Assembly (NCBI GenBank): GCA_944380605.1
Contig: CALWIA010000006.1
Span: 106,683-170,682, forward strand
Reading direction: 5' to 3'
Origin: an uncultured Lachnospiraceae bacterium
GTDB lineage: Bacteria > Bacillota > Clostridia > Lachnospirales > Lachnospiraceae
DNA: 64,000 nt
Positions 18,160 through 27,799 of the stretch are shown piece after piece. Within the stretch, counting starts at the first letter, position 1. Each line of letters begins with the position of its first letter. The notes under the pieces were generated by a model that made no database searches, was not told the origin of the DNA, and saw only the letters and a program-made list of their open reading frames with translations. The translations under genes and the position numbers were made by a program.

Positions 18160-19168
18160 CTGCGCTTTCCTCCCTGTTCAGCCGCTCCTGCACCCGCAGC
18201 CAGCAGGCGGAGCGGTGCTTTTCTCCTACTTCCACATAGGGCGGCATCTTCTTCAGACAGATCTTCATGCAGTGCTCGCACCGGGGCGCGAAGGGGCAGC
18301 CCTCCGGCGGATTCAGCATGTCCACCGGCGTTCCCTCGATGGGAATCAGGCGCTCATAGGACTCGGCGTCCACCCGGGGCATGGACCGCAGAAGGCCCAG
18401 GGTATAGGGGTGCGCCGCATGGTAGAAGATGTCGTCCACCGGCCCCTGTTCCACAATCCGTCCAGCGTACATCACGGACACCTTGTCGCAGATATCCGCC
18501 ACCACGCCCAGGTTGTGGGTAATAAAGATGATGCCCATGCCGGTCTTTTTCTGCAGGTCCTTCATCAGTTCCAGAATCTGGGCCTGGATGGTCACGTCCA
18601 GCGCCGTGGTAGGCTCGTCGGCGATCAGCAGCTGGGGATGGCAGATCAGTCCCATGGCGATCATCACCCGCTGGCGCATGCCGCCGGAAAATTCGTGGGG
18701 ATACTGCTTCATCCGCTTTTCCACATTGTTGATGCCCACCATTTCCATCATTTCCATGGCACGCTTTCTCGCGTCCTCCGCGGAAATGGACTTGTCGTGG
18801 GCCCGCAGCGCCTCCACCAGCTGGTTGCCGATGGTGTACACCGGGTTTAAACAGGTCATGGGGTTCTGGAAAATCATGGCCACCCGGCTGCCTCGGAAGC
18901 TGGTCATCTGTTCTTTGGAAAAATGCAGGACGTCCTCGCCCTCAAAGGTAATGGAGCCTCCGATCACCTTGCCCGGCTGCTGCAGCAGTCCCATAATGGC
19001 ATAGGCCTCCTGGCTCTTTCCGGAGCCGGACTCTCCCACCACGCCCATGACCTCGCCGTAGTCCAGGTCATAGGAAATGCCGCCTACCGCCTTGACTTCA
19101 CCGGCCGGCGTAAAGAAGGAGACCTTCAGATCTTTGACTTCCAGCAGTTTCGGTTTCTGTTCTGACAT
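18152..19168 (-). CDS. oppD: Oligopeptide ABC ATP-binding protein
   Basis: [31 protein letters not shown]. Confidence 0.92.
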   Translation of the reverse strand: MSEQKPKLLEVKDLKVSFFTPAGEVKAVGGISYDLDYGEVMGVVGESGSGKSQEAYAIMGLLQQPGKVIGGSITFEGEDVLHFSKEQMTSFRGSRVAMIFQNPMTCLNPVYTIGNQLVEALRAHDKSISAEDARKRAMEMMEMVGINNVEKRMKQYPHEFSGGMRQRVMIAMGLICHPQLLIADEPTTALDVTIQAQILELMKDLQKKTGMGIIFITHNLGVVADICDKVSVMYAGRIVEQGPVDDIFYHAAHPYTLGLLRSMPRVDAESYERLIPIEGTPVDMLNPPEGCPFAPRCEHCMKICLKKMPPYVEVGEKHRSACWLRVQERLNREESADE

Positions 19169-19183
19169 CGGTTCTCCTCCTTC

Positions 19184-20536
19184 CTACTTTTTCAGTTTGG
19201 GATCCAGCGCGTCCCGCAGCCCATCTCCGAAGAGGTTGAAGGACAGGATCATAATGCTCAGTACCAGCGACGGAATAATCAGCCGGTAGGTATAGGTGTA
19301 CATGCCGCTTAAGGCGTCGGTAGCCATGGAACCCAGGCTGGGCAGCGGAGCGGATACGCCCACGCCCAGATAGGACAGAAACGACTCCAGGAAAATGGCC
19401 GACGGAATCTGCAGGCAGGTGGTCACCACGATCTGCCCAATGCAGTTGGGCAGCAGGTGCCGGCGGATAATCCGGCCGCCGGAGGCGCCCAGGGCCCGGG
19501 CTGCGGTCACATACTCCTGCTGCTTTAACTGCAGCACCTGTCCGCGGATGATCCGGCTCATGGTCACCCAGTACAGCATGCCGAAGGCAATAAACAAAGA
19601 AATCAGGTTGGGGCCCAGCACCGAAACAAAGTCCCGAAGCGGGCCGGTCTGGGTGTTTACAAACTCAGTCAGGATCGGCTTCAGCGCCGTAGCGATCAAA
19701 AGCACCACCAGCATTTCCGGAACTGAATAGATGATTTCCACGATCCGCTGCATCACCGCGTCCACTTTGCCGCCGCAGTATCCGGAGATGGCTCCGTAGG
19801 TGGCGCCGATCAGCAGCACCAGAAGGGCCGCGCAGATGCCCACGCTCATGGATACCCGCGCTCCGTACATCACCCGCACCAGAATATCACGGCCGTACAT
19901 GTCCGTGCCGAACACATGGGGAAATACCTGTTCTCCCGCCGCCTTGCGCTCCAGCTCGTCCGCGGAATAGCCGAACAATTTCTTTTTGATGCCCAGTTCC
20001 TTGCGGAGGGTCTCCGTATCCACTTCGCTTTCGCCGCCCTGGGCGTTCTGCTGGGCCACTTTGGCCTGCGCCCGGATTTTGGCGATGTCCACGGTGCTCA
20101 GTTTTTCTCCCTTCGCTTCCGCCTCTGCCTGGGCTTCCGCGATCATCTCATCTACGCTCTTGGTCCCCGTCTGGGTTCTGGCCGCCACTTCCGCCTCCAG
20201 CCTCTGCTGGTCTTCCAGGCTGTAGTGGTAGGGATGGAGATTCTCCGCTCCCTTGTTGAACTGGTCGTAATCATAAGGTACCAGCAGCGGTCCCACAAAG
20301 GCGAACAGCACCAGGAAAATAATCACTCCCAGAGCCACCATGGCCACCACGTTGCGGCGCAGCCGGCGCCAGGCGTCTTTCCAGTAGGAAACGCTCTGCC
20401 GGTCCGGAATAAACTCTTCTTTTTCCGTCTGGGAGGCGCTTTCAAAATCTTCCGGGCTGAGACTGCCTGCGTTCAGCATCTCTTCGATATCCGGCTGAAA
20501 ACTCACCGGACAGCGCTTCATCTTCTTTTCAGCCAC
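19184..20536 (-). CDS. oppC: Oligopeptide ABC permease with a large loop insertion
   Basis: FGTDMYGRD, EYVTAARALGA and SFNLFGDGLRDALDP. Confidence 0.9.
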   Translation of the reverse strand: MAEKKMKRCPVSFQPDIEEMLNAGSLSPEDFESASQTEKEEFIPDRQSVSYWKDAWRRLRRNVVAMVALGVIIFLVLFAFVGPLLVPYDYDQFNKGAENLHPYHYSLEDQQRLEAEVAARTQTGTKSVDEMIAEAQAEAEAKGEKLSTVDIAKIRAQAKVAQQNAQGGESEVDTETLRKELGIKKKLFGYSADELERKAAGEQVFPHVFGTDMYGRDILVRVMYGARVSMSVGICAALLVLLIGATYGAISGYCGGKVDAVMQRIVEIIYSVPEMLVVLLIATALKPILTEFVNTQTGPLRDFVSVLGPNLISLFIAFGMLYWVTMSRIIRGQVLQLKQQEYVTAARALGASGGRIIRRHLLPNCIGQIVVTTCLQIPSAIFLESFLSYLGVGVSAPLPSLGSMATDALSGMYTYTYRLIIPSLVLSIMILSFNLFGDGLRDALDPKLKK

Positions 20537-20538
20537 CG

Positions 20539-21486
20539 TTACTCTCCTCCCTTTGTCAGATTGATCCGCGGATCCGCGATCTTATACAGAATATCTACCG
20601 CCATGTTCATCAGGATGATGAAGCTGGCCAGGAAAATGGTGGTTCCCATAATCACCGGATAGTCCCGGTTCTGAATGGACTGCACAAAATATCTTCCCAG
20701 TCCGGGAATGGAAAACACGCTCTCCACCACGAAGCCGCCGCACAGGGTAAACGCCACCTGGGGGCCCAGATAGGTAATAACGGGGATCAGGGCGTTGCGC
20801 AGCGCGTGCTTGAAAATGATCCGGCCGTTTTTCAGGCCTTTGGCCCGGGCCGTCTTGATGTATTCCTGGTTCAGGGAATCCAGCATGGCCGAGCGGGTCT
20901 GCCGGGCCGTATAGCACATGGGATAGAACCCCAGGGCAAAACAGGGAAGCACGTACGTCTTCCACCCCTGCGACGGATCAAAAAGCGTCGGGAAAATCTT
21001 CAGGGCCTGGATGCCGCCGGCAAACACCACCAGCAGAATCGAAGCCACCACAAAGCTGGGCATGGAAATGCCCAGGGTGCAGACCACCCGCAGGAAGCTG
21101 TCCGTCAGTCTTCCTCTCTTAAACGCCGCCAGGCATCCCAGGGGAACGCCCACCAGCACCGCCCAGCACAGGGCAATGGCGCCTACCTTGGCCGACACCG
21201 GGAACATCTCCAGAATAATGCTTAACACATCCCGGTTCTTCTGCATCTTCAGGGACACGCCGAAATCTCCGTGCAGCAGGTTCTGCAGGTACTTCAGAAG
21301 CTGCACCGGAACCGGCTGGTCCAGGCCGTACTTCGCGTTCAGCGCCGCCAGCGTAGCCTCCGAAGGCGTCTTCTCGCTGAGCCACGGGCTTCCCGGCACC
21401 GCGTTCATCAGCAGGAAGGTCAGACAGGTTACAAAAAAGATGGTAACCAGGGCCATACACAGCCGTTTGATTACGTACTTACCCAT
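20539..21486 (-). CDS. oppB: Oligopeptide ABC permease
   Basis: GDFGVS, YIKTARAKGL, HALRNAL and NRDYPVIMG. Confidence 0.92.
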   Translation of the reverse strand: MGKYVIKRLCMALVTIFFVTCLTFLLMNAVPGSPWLSEKTPSEATLAALNAKYGLDQPVPVQLLKYLQNLLHGDFGVSLKMQKNRDVLSIILEMFPVSAKVGAIALCWAVLVGVPLGCLAAFKRGRLTDSFLRVVCTLGISMPSFVVASILLVVFAGGIQALKIFPTLFDPSQGWKTYVLPCFALGFYPMCYTARQTRSAMLDSLNQEYIKTARAKGLKNGRIIFKHALRNALIPVITYLGPQVAFTLCGGFVVESVFSIPGLGRYFVQSIQNRDYPVIMGTTIFLASFIILMNMAVDILYKIADPRINLTKGGE

Positions 21487-21540
21487 TTTCTCACATCCTA
21501 TTTTTCTTTTCTCCGCTTTACATAAAGCGCATTGTACCCT

Positions 21541-21569
21541 AGTTTAGTCCAAAAGTATGGGTAAGTCAA
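21541..21569 (-). promoter_or_regulatory. Sigma-A promoter of the opp operon
   Basis: TTGACT-17 nt-TAAACT. Confidence 0.65.
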
Positions 21570-21698
21570 TAGAAAAAGTCAAAATCGCCCACTTTTTTGT
21601 CAAACCAGGGCAGACAATTGTCTTTATCTGGAAAACAGGCACATTCCTTCCAGACCGTCCATAGGATATGGCATACCCATTATCTGCAGGAGTCTGCT

Positions 21699-22703
21699 AT
21701 GAAACTTTCTCTTCTGCGCGGCCTTGCCGCCGCCCTTCCGCTTCTGTTTCTCGCCGGCTGCCAGGAAAGCGCCGGCGCCAATTCCCTGACGCCGGTCACC
21801 TTAAACGAAGTCGCCCACTCCATCTTCTACGCGCCTCAGTACGCCGCCATCGAACTGGGGTATTTTGAAGAAGAAGGCATCGACTTAACCCTGGTCAACG
21901 GCGCCGGCGCCGACAAAGTCATGACGGCTCTGGTGTCCGGCGACGCGGACATCGGCTTTATGGGGTCGGAAGCCAGCATCTATACCTACGCCGGCGGCGC
22001 GGCGGACTGGGCCGTCAATTTTGCCCAGCTGACCCAGCGGGCCGGTAACTTCCTGGTGGGCCGGACGCCTCAGCCGGACTTTTCCTGGGACCTTCTGCGG
22101 GGCAAAACCGTACTGGGCGGCCGGGCCGGCGGCATGCCCCAGATGGTCTTTGAATACATTCTGAAGAAAAACGGCCTGGATCCCAAAACGGACCTTTCCA
22201 TCGACCAGAGCATCAGCTTCGGCCTTACCGCCGCCGCCTTTCCCGGCAGCGAAGCCGACTACACCGTGGAATTTGAACCGTACGCCACCGCGCTGGAGTC
22301 GGAAGGCAGCGGCTATGTGGTAGCGTCTCTGGGCACCGATTCCGGCTACGTTCCCTATACCGCCTATTCCGCCAGACAGAGCTATATCGAGGAACATCCG
22401 GAGATCATCCAGAGTTTTACCAACGCCATCCAGAAAGGGCTGGCCTACGTCAACTCCCACTCCGCCCAGGAAATCGCCGAAACCATACAGCCCCAATTCC
22501 CGGAGACGGACCTGGAAGACATCGCCATCATTGTAGACCGGTATCTGCAGCAGGACACCTGGAAAGAGGATACGATTTTTACAAAAGAAAGCTTTGATCT
22601 GCTGCAGAACATTCTGGAAGAAGCCGGCGAGCTGCCCCGGCGGGTTCCCTATGAAGACCTGGTAACCACCGAATTTTCCGAAGCGGCGGCAGACCTGCCC
22701 TGA
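21699..22703 (+). CDS. NMT1/THI5/SsuA-type ABC substrate-binding lipoprotein (YtlA-like)
   Basis: Lipobox LAGC, EVAHSIFYAPQY and GGRAGGMP; GGAG RBS before ATG 21699. Confidence 0.8.
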   Translation: MKLSLLRGLAAALPLLFLAGCQESAGANSLTPVTLNEVAHSIFYAPQYAAIELGYFEEEGIDLTLVNGAGADKVMTALVSGDADIGFMGSEASIYTYAGGAADWAVNFAQLTQRAGNFLVGRTPQPDFSWDLLRGKTVLGGRAGGMPQMVFEYILKKNGLDPKTDLSIDQSISFGLTAAAFPGSEADYTVEFEPYATALESEGSGYVVASLGTDSGYVPYTAYSARQSYIEEHPEIIQSFTNAIQKGLAYVNSHSAQEIAETIQPQFPETDLEDIAIIVDRYLQQDTWKEDTIFTKESFDLLQNILEEAGELPRRVPYEDLVTTEFSEAAADLP

Positions 22704-22798
22704 TCTCGGTTGCCGCTTCATGACCGCTGCCTGCCGGGCACACCAAAAACGGCGGCTTCCGGATATGCTCCGGAAACCGCCGCCAGGTCTGACGCAGG

Positions 22799-23761
22799 TT
22801 ATTCGGTTGGTGTTCCGTCCTCTTCCTCCAGGTTGGTCTCCCGGCAGAGGTAAATGGGACGCTTTTTCACTTCCAGATAGGTCTTGGACAGATATTCTCC
22901 CAGAAGCCCCAGGCAGAACAGCTGAATGCCGCTGAGCAGCAGGATCACGCAGAGGGTGGACGGCCAGCCGGCCACCGGATCCCCGAACATCAGCGTGCGG
23001 GCCACGATCACCAGAATAAAGATAAAAGCCAGGCTGCAGAACAGCAGGCCGATCCAGGCCGCGATCCGCACCGGCATGGTGGAGAACGCCACAATGCCGT
23101 CGATGCTGTACATCAGCAGCTTGAAAAACGACCACTTGGTCTCTCCCTTGGTCCGTTCGATGTTCTCATATTCCAGCCAGCGGGTCTTGTATCCCACCCA
23201 ACCGAACAGTCCTTTGGAAAACCGGTTGTACTCCTTCAGTTCCAGCAGGCTGTCCACATACCGGCGGGTCATCAGCCGGAAATCCCTGGCGCCGTCCACA
23301 ATTTCCACATCGGAAATGTGGCGCATCAGCCGGTAAAACGCTCTGGCAAAAAAGGACCGGATCACCGGCTCCCCCTTCCGGTCCACCCGGCGGGTCGCCA
23401 CGCAGTCGCAGTCGCTGTTTCTTAAGATGTCCAGCATCTGGGGAATCAGCGCCGGCGGGTCCTGCAGGTCCACGTCCATCAGGCTGACGTATTCGCCTCT
23501 GGCGTGGGTAAGGCCGGCGTAAATCGCCGCTTCCTTGCCGAAATTGCGGGTGAAGGACAGATACCGGATCCAGCCGTTGTTCCGGGACAATTCCTTCATC
23601 CGGGCCAGGGTTTCATCTGAAGAGCCGTCGTCCACCAGCAGAATCTCCAGCCGGCAGTCCATATCCAAAAGCTGTTCCCGTACCCGGGAAATCGCCTGAT
23701 AATAATCCTCCAGCGTCTCCTGCTCATTATAGCAGGGCACAATAATGGTCATCCGATCCAT
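22799..23761 (-). CDS. GT2 polyprenol-phosphate glycosyltransferase (GtrB/YkoT-like)
   Basis: VPCYNE, VDDGSSD, FTRNFGKEAA, DVDLQDPP, DFRLM; two C-terminal TMs. Confidence 0.9.
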   Translation of the reverse strand: MDRMTIIVPCYNEQETLEDYYQAISRVREQLLDMDCRLEILLVDDGSSDETLARMKELSRNNGWIRYLSFTRNFGKEAAIYAGLTHARGEYVSLMDVDLQDPPALIPQMLDILRNSDCDCVATRRVDRKGEPVIRSFFARAFYRLMRHISDVEIVDGARDFRLMTRRYVDSLLELKEYNRFSKGLFGWVGYKTRWLEYENIERTKGETKWSFFKLLMYSIDGIVAFSTMPVRIAAWIGLLFCSLAFIFILVIVARTLMFGDPVAGWPSTLCVILLLSGIQLFCLGLLGEYLSKTYLEVKKRPIYLCRETNLEEEDGTPTE

Positions 23762-23864
23762 GGCAGGTCCTCCGAAGTCTCTGATATGATTCTTATTGTA
23801 AGCGATTCCGCGGCCAAAGTCAATTTATCCGGCTTCCGTCTCCGGCACATTTCCGTTTTTTTGG

Positions 23865-23893
23865 TTGCGCATCCCCGCTCCCCCAGTTATAAT
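23865..23893 (+). promoter_or_regulatory. Sigma-A promoter of the sugar isomerase gene
   Basis: TTGCGC-17 nt-TATAAT. Confidence 0.65.
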
Positions 23894-23958
23894 AAGAATA
23901 AGGCCGTACCGCCGTTCCGGGCGGACCGCCTGAATATAAGATTGGAGGCTTACTTACT

Positions 23959-25377
23959 ATGTTAGTGGATACCAAAGCAAAAGTAGGTGTATTTTCCATT
24001 GCTTTAGGCGCGTACCTGCCGCAGTTCCCTTCTCTGGTTCCTGAGTTCCAGGCTCAGTACGAGGCATTTAAGAAAACGCTGCCGGATACCGTAGAGATCA
24101 TCGACGGCGGAATGGTTACGACCAAAGAGCAGTCCCAGGCGGCCGGAGACCTGTTCCGGGCCGCGGACGTGGACCTGGTCTTTCTGCAGCTGCTGACCTA
24201 TGCCACTTCCTACAACATGCTCCCCGCGGTGAAGGATCTGGACGTTCCCGTGGTTTTGGTCAACATCCAGAAGCTGAAAGCGCTGGACTATGACCACACC
24301 GACATCGCTTCCTGGCTGGGCGAAGGCTATGCCTGCGGAGCGGTAGGCGAGATGGTGGCCGACCTGGAGCGGTTCGGCAAGCGCCACGCGGTGATCACCG
24401 GCGTGGTCGAAGGCGGAGATCCCGGCGTCGCTAAGGAAATCGCAGAATGGTGCCGCGCGGCTCAGGTCAGAAGAAGATTCCGCGACACCAACATCGCCCA
24501 GATCGGAAGACCCTACCCCGGCATGATGGACCTCTACATCGACGAGTCCAACCTGTACCGGCGGATGCATCTGTACACCAAGCAGTTTGACTGGGAGAAG
24601 ATGTGGGCCATCGCCGACCACATCACCGACGAAGACGCTATCCGCGCCAAGGCCCAGGATATTCTGGATACCTTCGACATCGAAGGCGGCGGAAGCATCG
24701 AGGAAGTATGGGAAATGGCCCGGTACGTCGTCGCTTTTGAAGAATGGGTCAAGGAAGAAAAGCTGGGCCTGATCGCTTCTCACTACGACGGATTCGCCAC
24801 CGGAAAGGCCGGCGTTCTGGACAGCATGCTGATCCCCGCGTTCTCCATGCTGATCAAGCAGGGCACCGCCTGCGCCGTGGAAGGCGATATGAAAGTGGCC
24901 ATGGCCATGAGCATCTTAAAGACCATTTCCGGCACCGGCCAGCTGGCTGAGATGTACTCCATCGACTTCAACGACGACATCGCCATCATCGGCCACAGCG
25001 GTTCCGGCGACGCGGATATTTCCGACAAGAAACCTACCATGAAGATCGTAAAAGTGTTCCACGGCAAGACCGGCGGCGGATACCTGACCCAGTTCTATCC
25101 CTACACCGGTCCCGTCACCTACCTGGCCATTACCCAGGATGGCGATGGACGCTTCAAATTCGTAGCGGCGGAAGGCGTCAACGAAGAGGGCAAGATCCTT
25201 TCCTTCGGCGACACCAACATGCGGACCCGCTTCACCTGCGGCGCCAGAGAGTTTGTGACCCGCTGGAGCGAATGCGGCCCCACCCACCACTTCGCGGCAG
25301 CCACCGGAAGACACATCGACACCATTCTGAAAGTGGCCAAGATTTTCAACGTGCCGGTGGAAGTAGTCACCCGGTAA
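23959..25377 (+). CDS. L-arabinose/L-fucose isomerase-family protein
   Basis: AraA-like residue pattern AVEGD, AEMY, IGHSG, GPTHH; GGAGG RBS; substrate not assignable. Confidence 0.8.
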   Translation: MLVDTKAKVGVFSIALGAYLPQFPSLVPEFQAQYEAFKKTLPDTVEIIDGGMVTTKEQSQAAGDLFRAADVDLVFLQLLTYATSYNMLPAVKDLDVPVVLVNIQKLKALDYDHTDIASWLGEGYACGAVGEMVADLERFGKRHAVITGVVEGGDPGVAKEIAEWCRAAQVRRRFRDTNIAQIGRPYPGMMDLYIDESNLYRRMHLYTKQFDWEKMWAIADHITDEDAIRAKAQDILDTFDIEGGGSIEEVWEMARYVVAFEEWVKEEKLGLIASHYDGFATGKAGVLDSMLIPAFSMLIKQGTACAVEGDMKVAMAMSILKTISGTGQLAEMYSIDFNDDIAIIGHSGSGDADISDKKPTMKIVKVFHGKTGGGYLTQFYPYTGPVTYLAITQDGDGRFKFVAAEGVNEEGKILSFGDTNMRTRFTCGAREFVTRWSECGPTHHFAAATGRHIDTILKVAKIFNVPVEVVTR

Positions 25378-25416
25378 TTCTTAAACGTGAGATTCCTGCC
25401 GTCATCCAGCGGCAAA

Positions 25417-25466
25417 GGCCAGGCGGCGGAGCCTGTACAGGGTTCCGCCGCCTGCTTCTTTTTATT
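25417..25466 (+). terminator. Intrinsic terminator after the isomerase
   Basis: CAGGCGGCGGAGCCTGT-ACAGGGTTCCGCCGCCTG followed by a T tract. Confidence 0.75.
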
Positions 25467-25525
25467 TGAACCGAAAACAAGAACGTAGTATAATAGGAAC
25501 AAAACCATAAGACAGGAGCTCTGCC

Positions 25526-26458
25526 ATGATCGCCATTCCGCTGGTTGAAAAAATCACAGAACTGTTTCTGATTCTCTTTGCCGCCGCCGCTCTGGTGCGG
25601 GCCGGCATTCTGAAAACCGAGGACAGCCGGATCCTTTCCCGCCTGTCCCTGAATTTTGTCACGCCCTGCGTCATTTTCAATTCTTTTCAGAAAGATCTGA
25701 CGCCGGAAATCCTCCAGGGGCTGGCCACTGCCATTGCCCTGGCCATCACCTTCCAGATTCTGTATATCCTGTTTGCCAAACTGCTGCAGCATGTCTGGAA
25801 AGCCACGGTGGTGGAGCGGGCGTCGGTGATTTTTACCAACGCCGGCAACCTGATTATCCCGCTGGTGGCCTACATCCTGGGACAGGAATGGGTCATCTAT
25901 GTCAGCGGATACATCCTGGTCTTCAACGTGCTGTTCTGGACCTACGGCATCCGGATGTTTGACAGTTCTAGTTCTCCCGACTTTAAAAAGATCCTGCTCA
26001 ACCCCAACATTCTGGCGGTGCTCGCCGGGCTGGCGTTTCTGGCCGCCGGCATCCGCCTGCCGGGTCCCCTGGCCATCGCCTTTGACGACGTGGCCGCCAT
26101 GATCGGACCCTTGAGCATGATCATCACCGGCATGGTGGTGGGCAGCATGAACTGGAAGGAAATGACCGGCAACCGCCGCATCTGGCTGGTGCTGCTGTTC
26201 CGCATGGTCATCGGTTCCGGCATCGCCGTGGCCTTTGTGATCCTGACCGGCATCCCGTACCGGATTCCTTCCGGCCGTTCCATCGTCATGATCACCCTGC
26301 TGTCCGCCATCGCGCCTTCTGCGTCCAACATCAACCAGGTGGCCATCCTGTACGGCAAGGACGAAAAATACGCCTCTGCCATCAACGTTTTGTCCACCCT
26401 GTCCTGCATCCTCACCATGCCCTTCTGGATTCTGGTCTACGAGACCCTGATTCCCTGA
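25526..26458 (+). CDS. AEC family transporter
   Basis: FVTPCVIF, FTNAGNLIIPL, LLNPNI, APSASN and STLSCILTMP. Confidence 0.85.
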   Translation: MIAIPLVEKITELFLILFAAAALVRAGILKTEDSRILSRLSLNFVTPCVIFNSFQKDLTPEILQGLATAIALAITFQILYILFAKLLQHVWKATVVERASVIFTNAGNLIIPLVAYILGQEWVIYVSGYILVFNVLFWTYGIRMFDSSSSPDFKKILLNPNILAVLAGLAFLAAGIRLPGPLAIAFDDVAAMIGPLSMIITGMVVGSMNWKEMTGNRRIWLVLLFRMVIGSGIAVAFVILTGIPYRIPSGRSIVMITLLSAIAPSASNINQVAILYGKDEKYASAINVLSTLSCILTMPFWILVYETLIP

Positions 26459-27735
26459 CCTGCCTGGCAGAGCCAGAATTCCCAGGCCTTTTTCAGGCAG
26501 TCCCCGTACCGGGACTCCCGCACCGCTTCCGAGGCCAGCACCGGAATTTCGCCCAGTTTTTTCCCATTCAGAAAATACTCCAGGACGCCGGCCGGCTGCC
26601 CGGTTTCCACCGGCGCCTCCAGAGACGGCTCCAGCGTCAGCCTGGTTTCCACGGCGGAAAAGTCTTCGCCGTTCATCCCCAGATAAGAAAACACCTGTCC
26701 GTACATCAGCCCGGCGCTGTCCTCGATTCCTCCGGTTACCGGAATCCGGGGCAGCGCCGGCGGTTCTTTGTCCTCATACAGCCGGCAGATGGAATATCCG
26801 TAGTTGAGAAGGGTCCGGGCGTCCGAGAACCGGGCCTTATAGTCCGGCGCCGCCATAATGGACGCGATCAGGCGGATGCCGTCCTTCTGGGCCGTAGCCG
26901 CCAGGCAGTATTTCGCCGCCGACGTGGAGCCGGTTTTCAGTCCGGTTACCGTAAAATCCGCGGACATTTTCAGCAGCTTATTGGTATTGGCCAGGCCGAA
27001 TTCTTTGGTCCCCTGCCTGGTCACATGGGTAATGGTGTCCATCCATATGGTGGCATATTCGTGAATCTTGGGGTACCGGTTGATCAGTTCCCTGGACATA
27101 ATCGCAATATCCCTGGCGGTGGTTACGTGGTCCGGCGACTCCGTCAGGCCGCAGCAGTCCACGAAATGGGTATGTTCCATGCCAAGCCCTCTGGCCCGTT
27201 CGTTCATCCGTTCCACAAACGCTTCTTCCGTCCCCGCTATGTACTCCGCCATGGCTACGGACGCGTCGTTTCCGGAAGCGATGACAATGCATTTGATCAG
27301 CGTCTCCACCGTCTGCACCTCTCCCTCTTCCAGAAACACCTGGGAACCGCCCATGGATTTGGCATAGGCGCTGGTGACTACCTCATCTTCCAGCCGTATG
27401 GTTCCGTTTTCCAGGGCGTCAAAAATCAGAATCAGCGTCATAATCTTGGTAATGCTGGCCGGGCTTCTGGGCTCGTCGGCATTTTTTTCATAGATCACTT
27501 CTCCGGTGGACGCTTCCATAAGCAGGGCGGAGGGCGCCGATACTTCTGGCCCCGCCGGAATCTGCGCCGGCGCTTCCGAGATCAGCGCCCCTGCCGGAAT
27601 CGCCTCCGCCGGCTCCGCCGCCAATGCCTGAGACGCCCACAGCACCGCGGCCGCCGCCGAAATCAGAAGCCGGGCGGCCCGCCGGATTCCGGGCCGGCTG
27701 CCTGTCTGCCGGTCCGGCCGTTTGCTCTGTTTCAT
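26437..27735 (-). CDS. dacF: D-alanyl-D-alanine carboxypeptidase, peptidase S11 (DacF-like)
   Basis: PASITK (SxxK), SMGGSQVFLE, IASGNDAS (SxN) and GLKTG; the SMGGSQ stretch is DacF-type. Confidence 0.8.
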   Translation of the reverse strand: MKQSKRPDRQTGSRPGIRRAARLLISAAAAVLWASQALAAEPAEAIPAGALISEAPAQIPAGPEVSAPSALLMEASTGEVIYEKNADEPRSPASITKIMTLILIFDALENGTIRLEDEVVTSAYAKSMGGSQVFLEEGEVQTVETLIKCIVIASGNDASVAMAEYIAGTEEAFVERMNERARGLGMEHTHFVDCCGLTESPDHVTTARDIAIMSRELINRYPKIHEYATIWMDTITHVTRQGTKEFGLANTNKLLKMSADFTVTGLKTGSTSAAKYCLAATAQKDGIRLIASIMAAPDYKARFSDARTLLNYGYSICRLYEDKEPPALPRIPVTGGIEDSAGLMYGQVFSYLGMNGEDFSAVETRLTLEPSLEAPVETGQPAGVLEYFLNGKKLGEIPVLASEAVRESRYGDCLKKAWEFWLCQAGQGIRVS

Positions 27736-27799
27736 TGTTTTCTCCCGATGCGGTCTTGTTACACTGTATGCGGACCGGAGGAGAATCTTGCTTTTCCGG

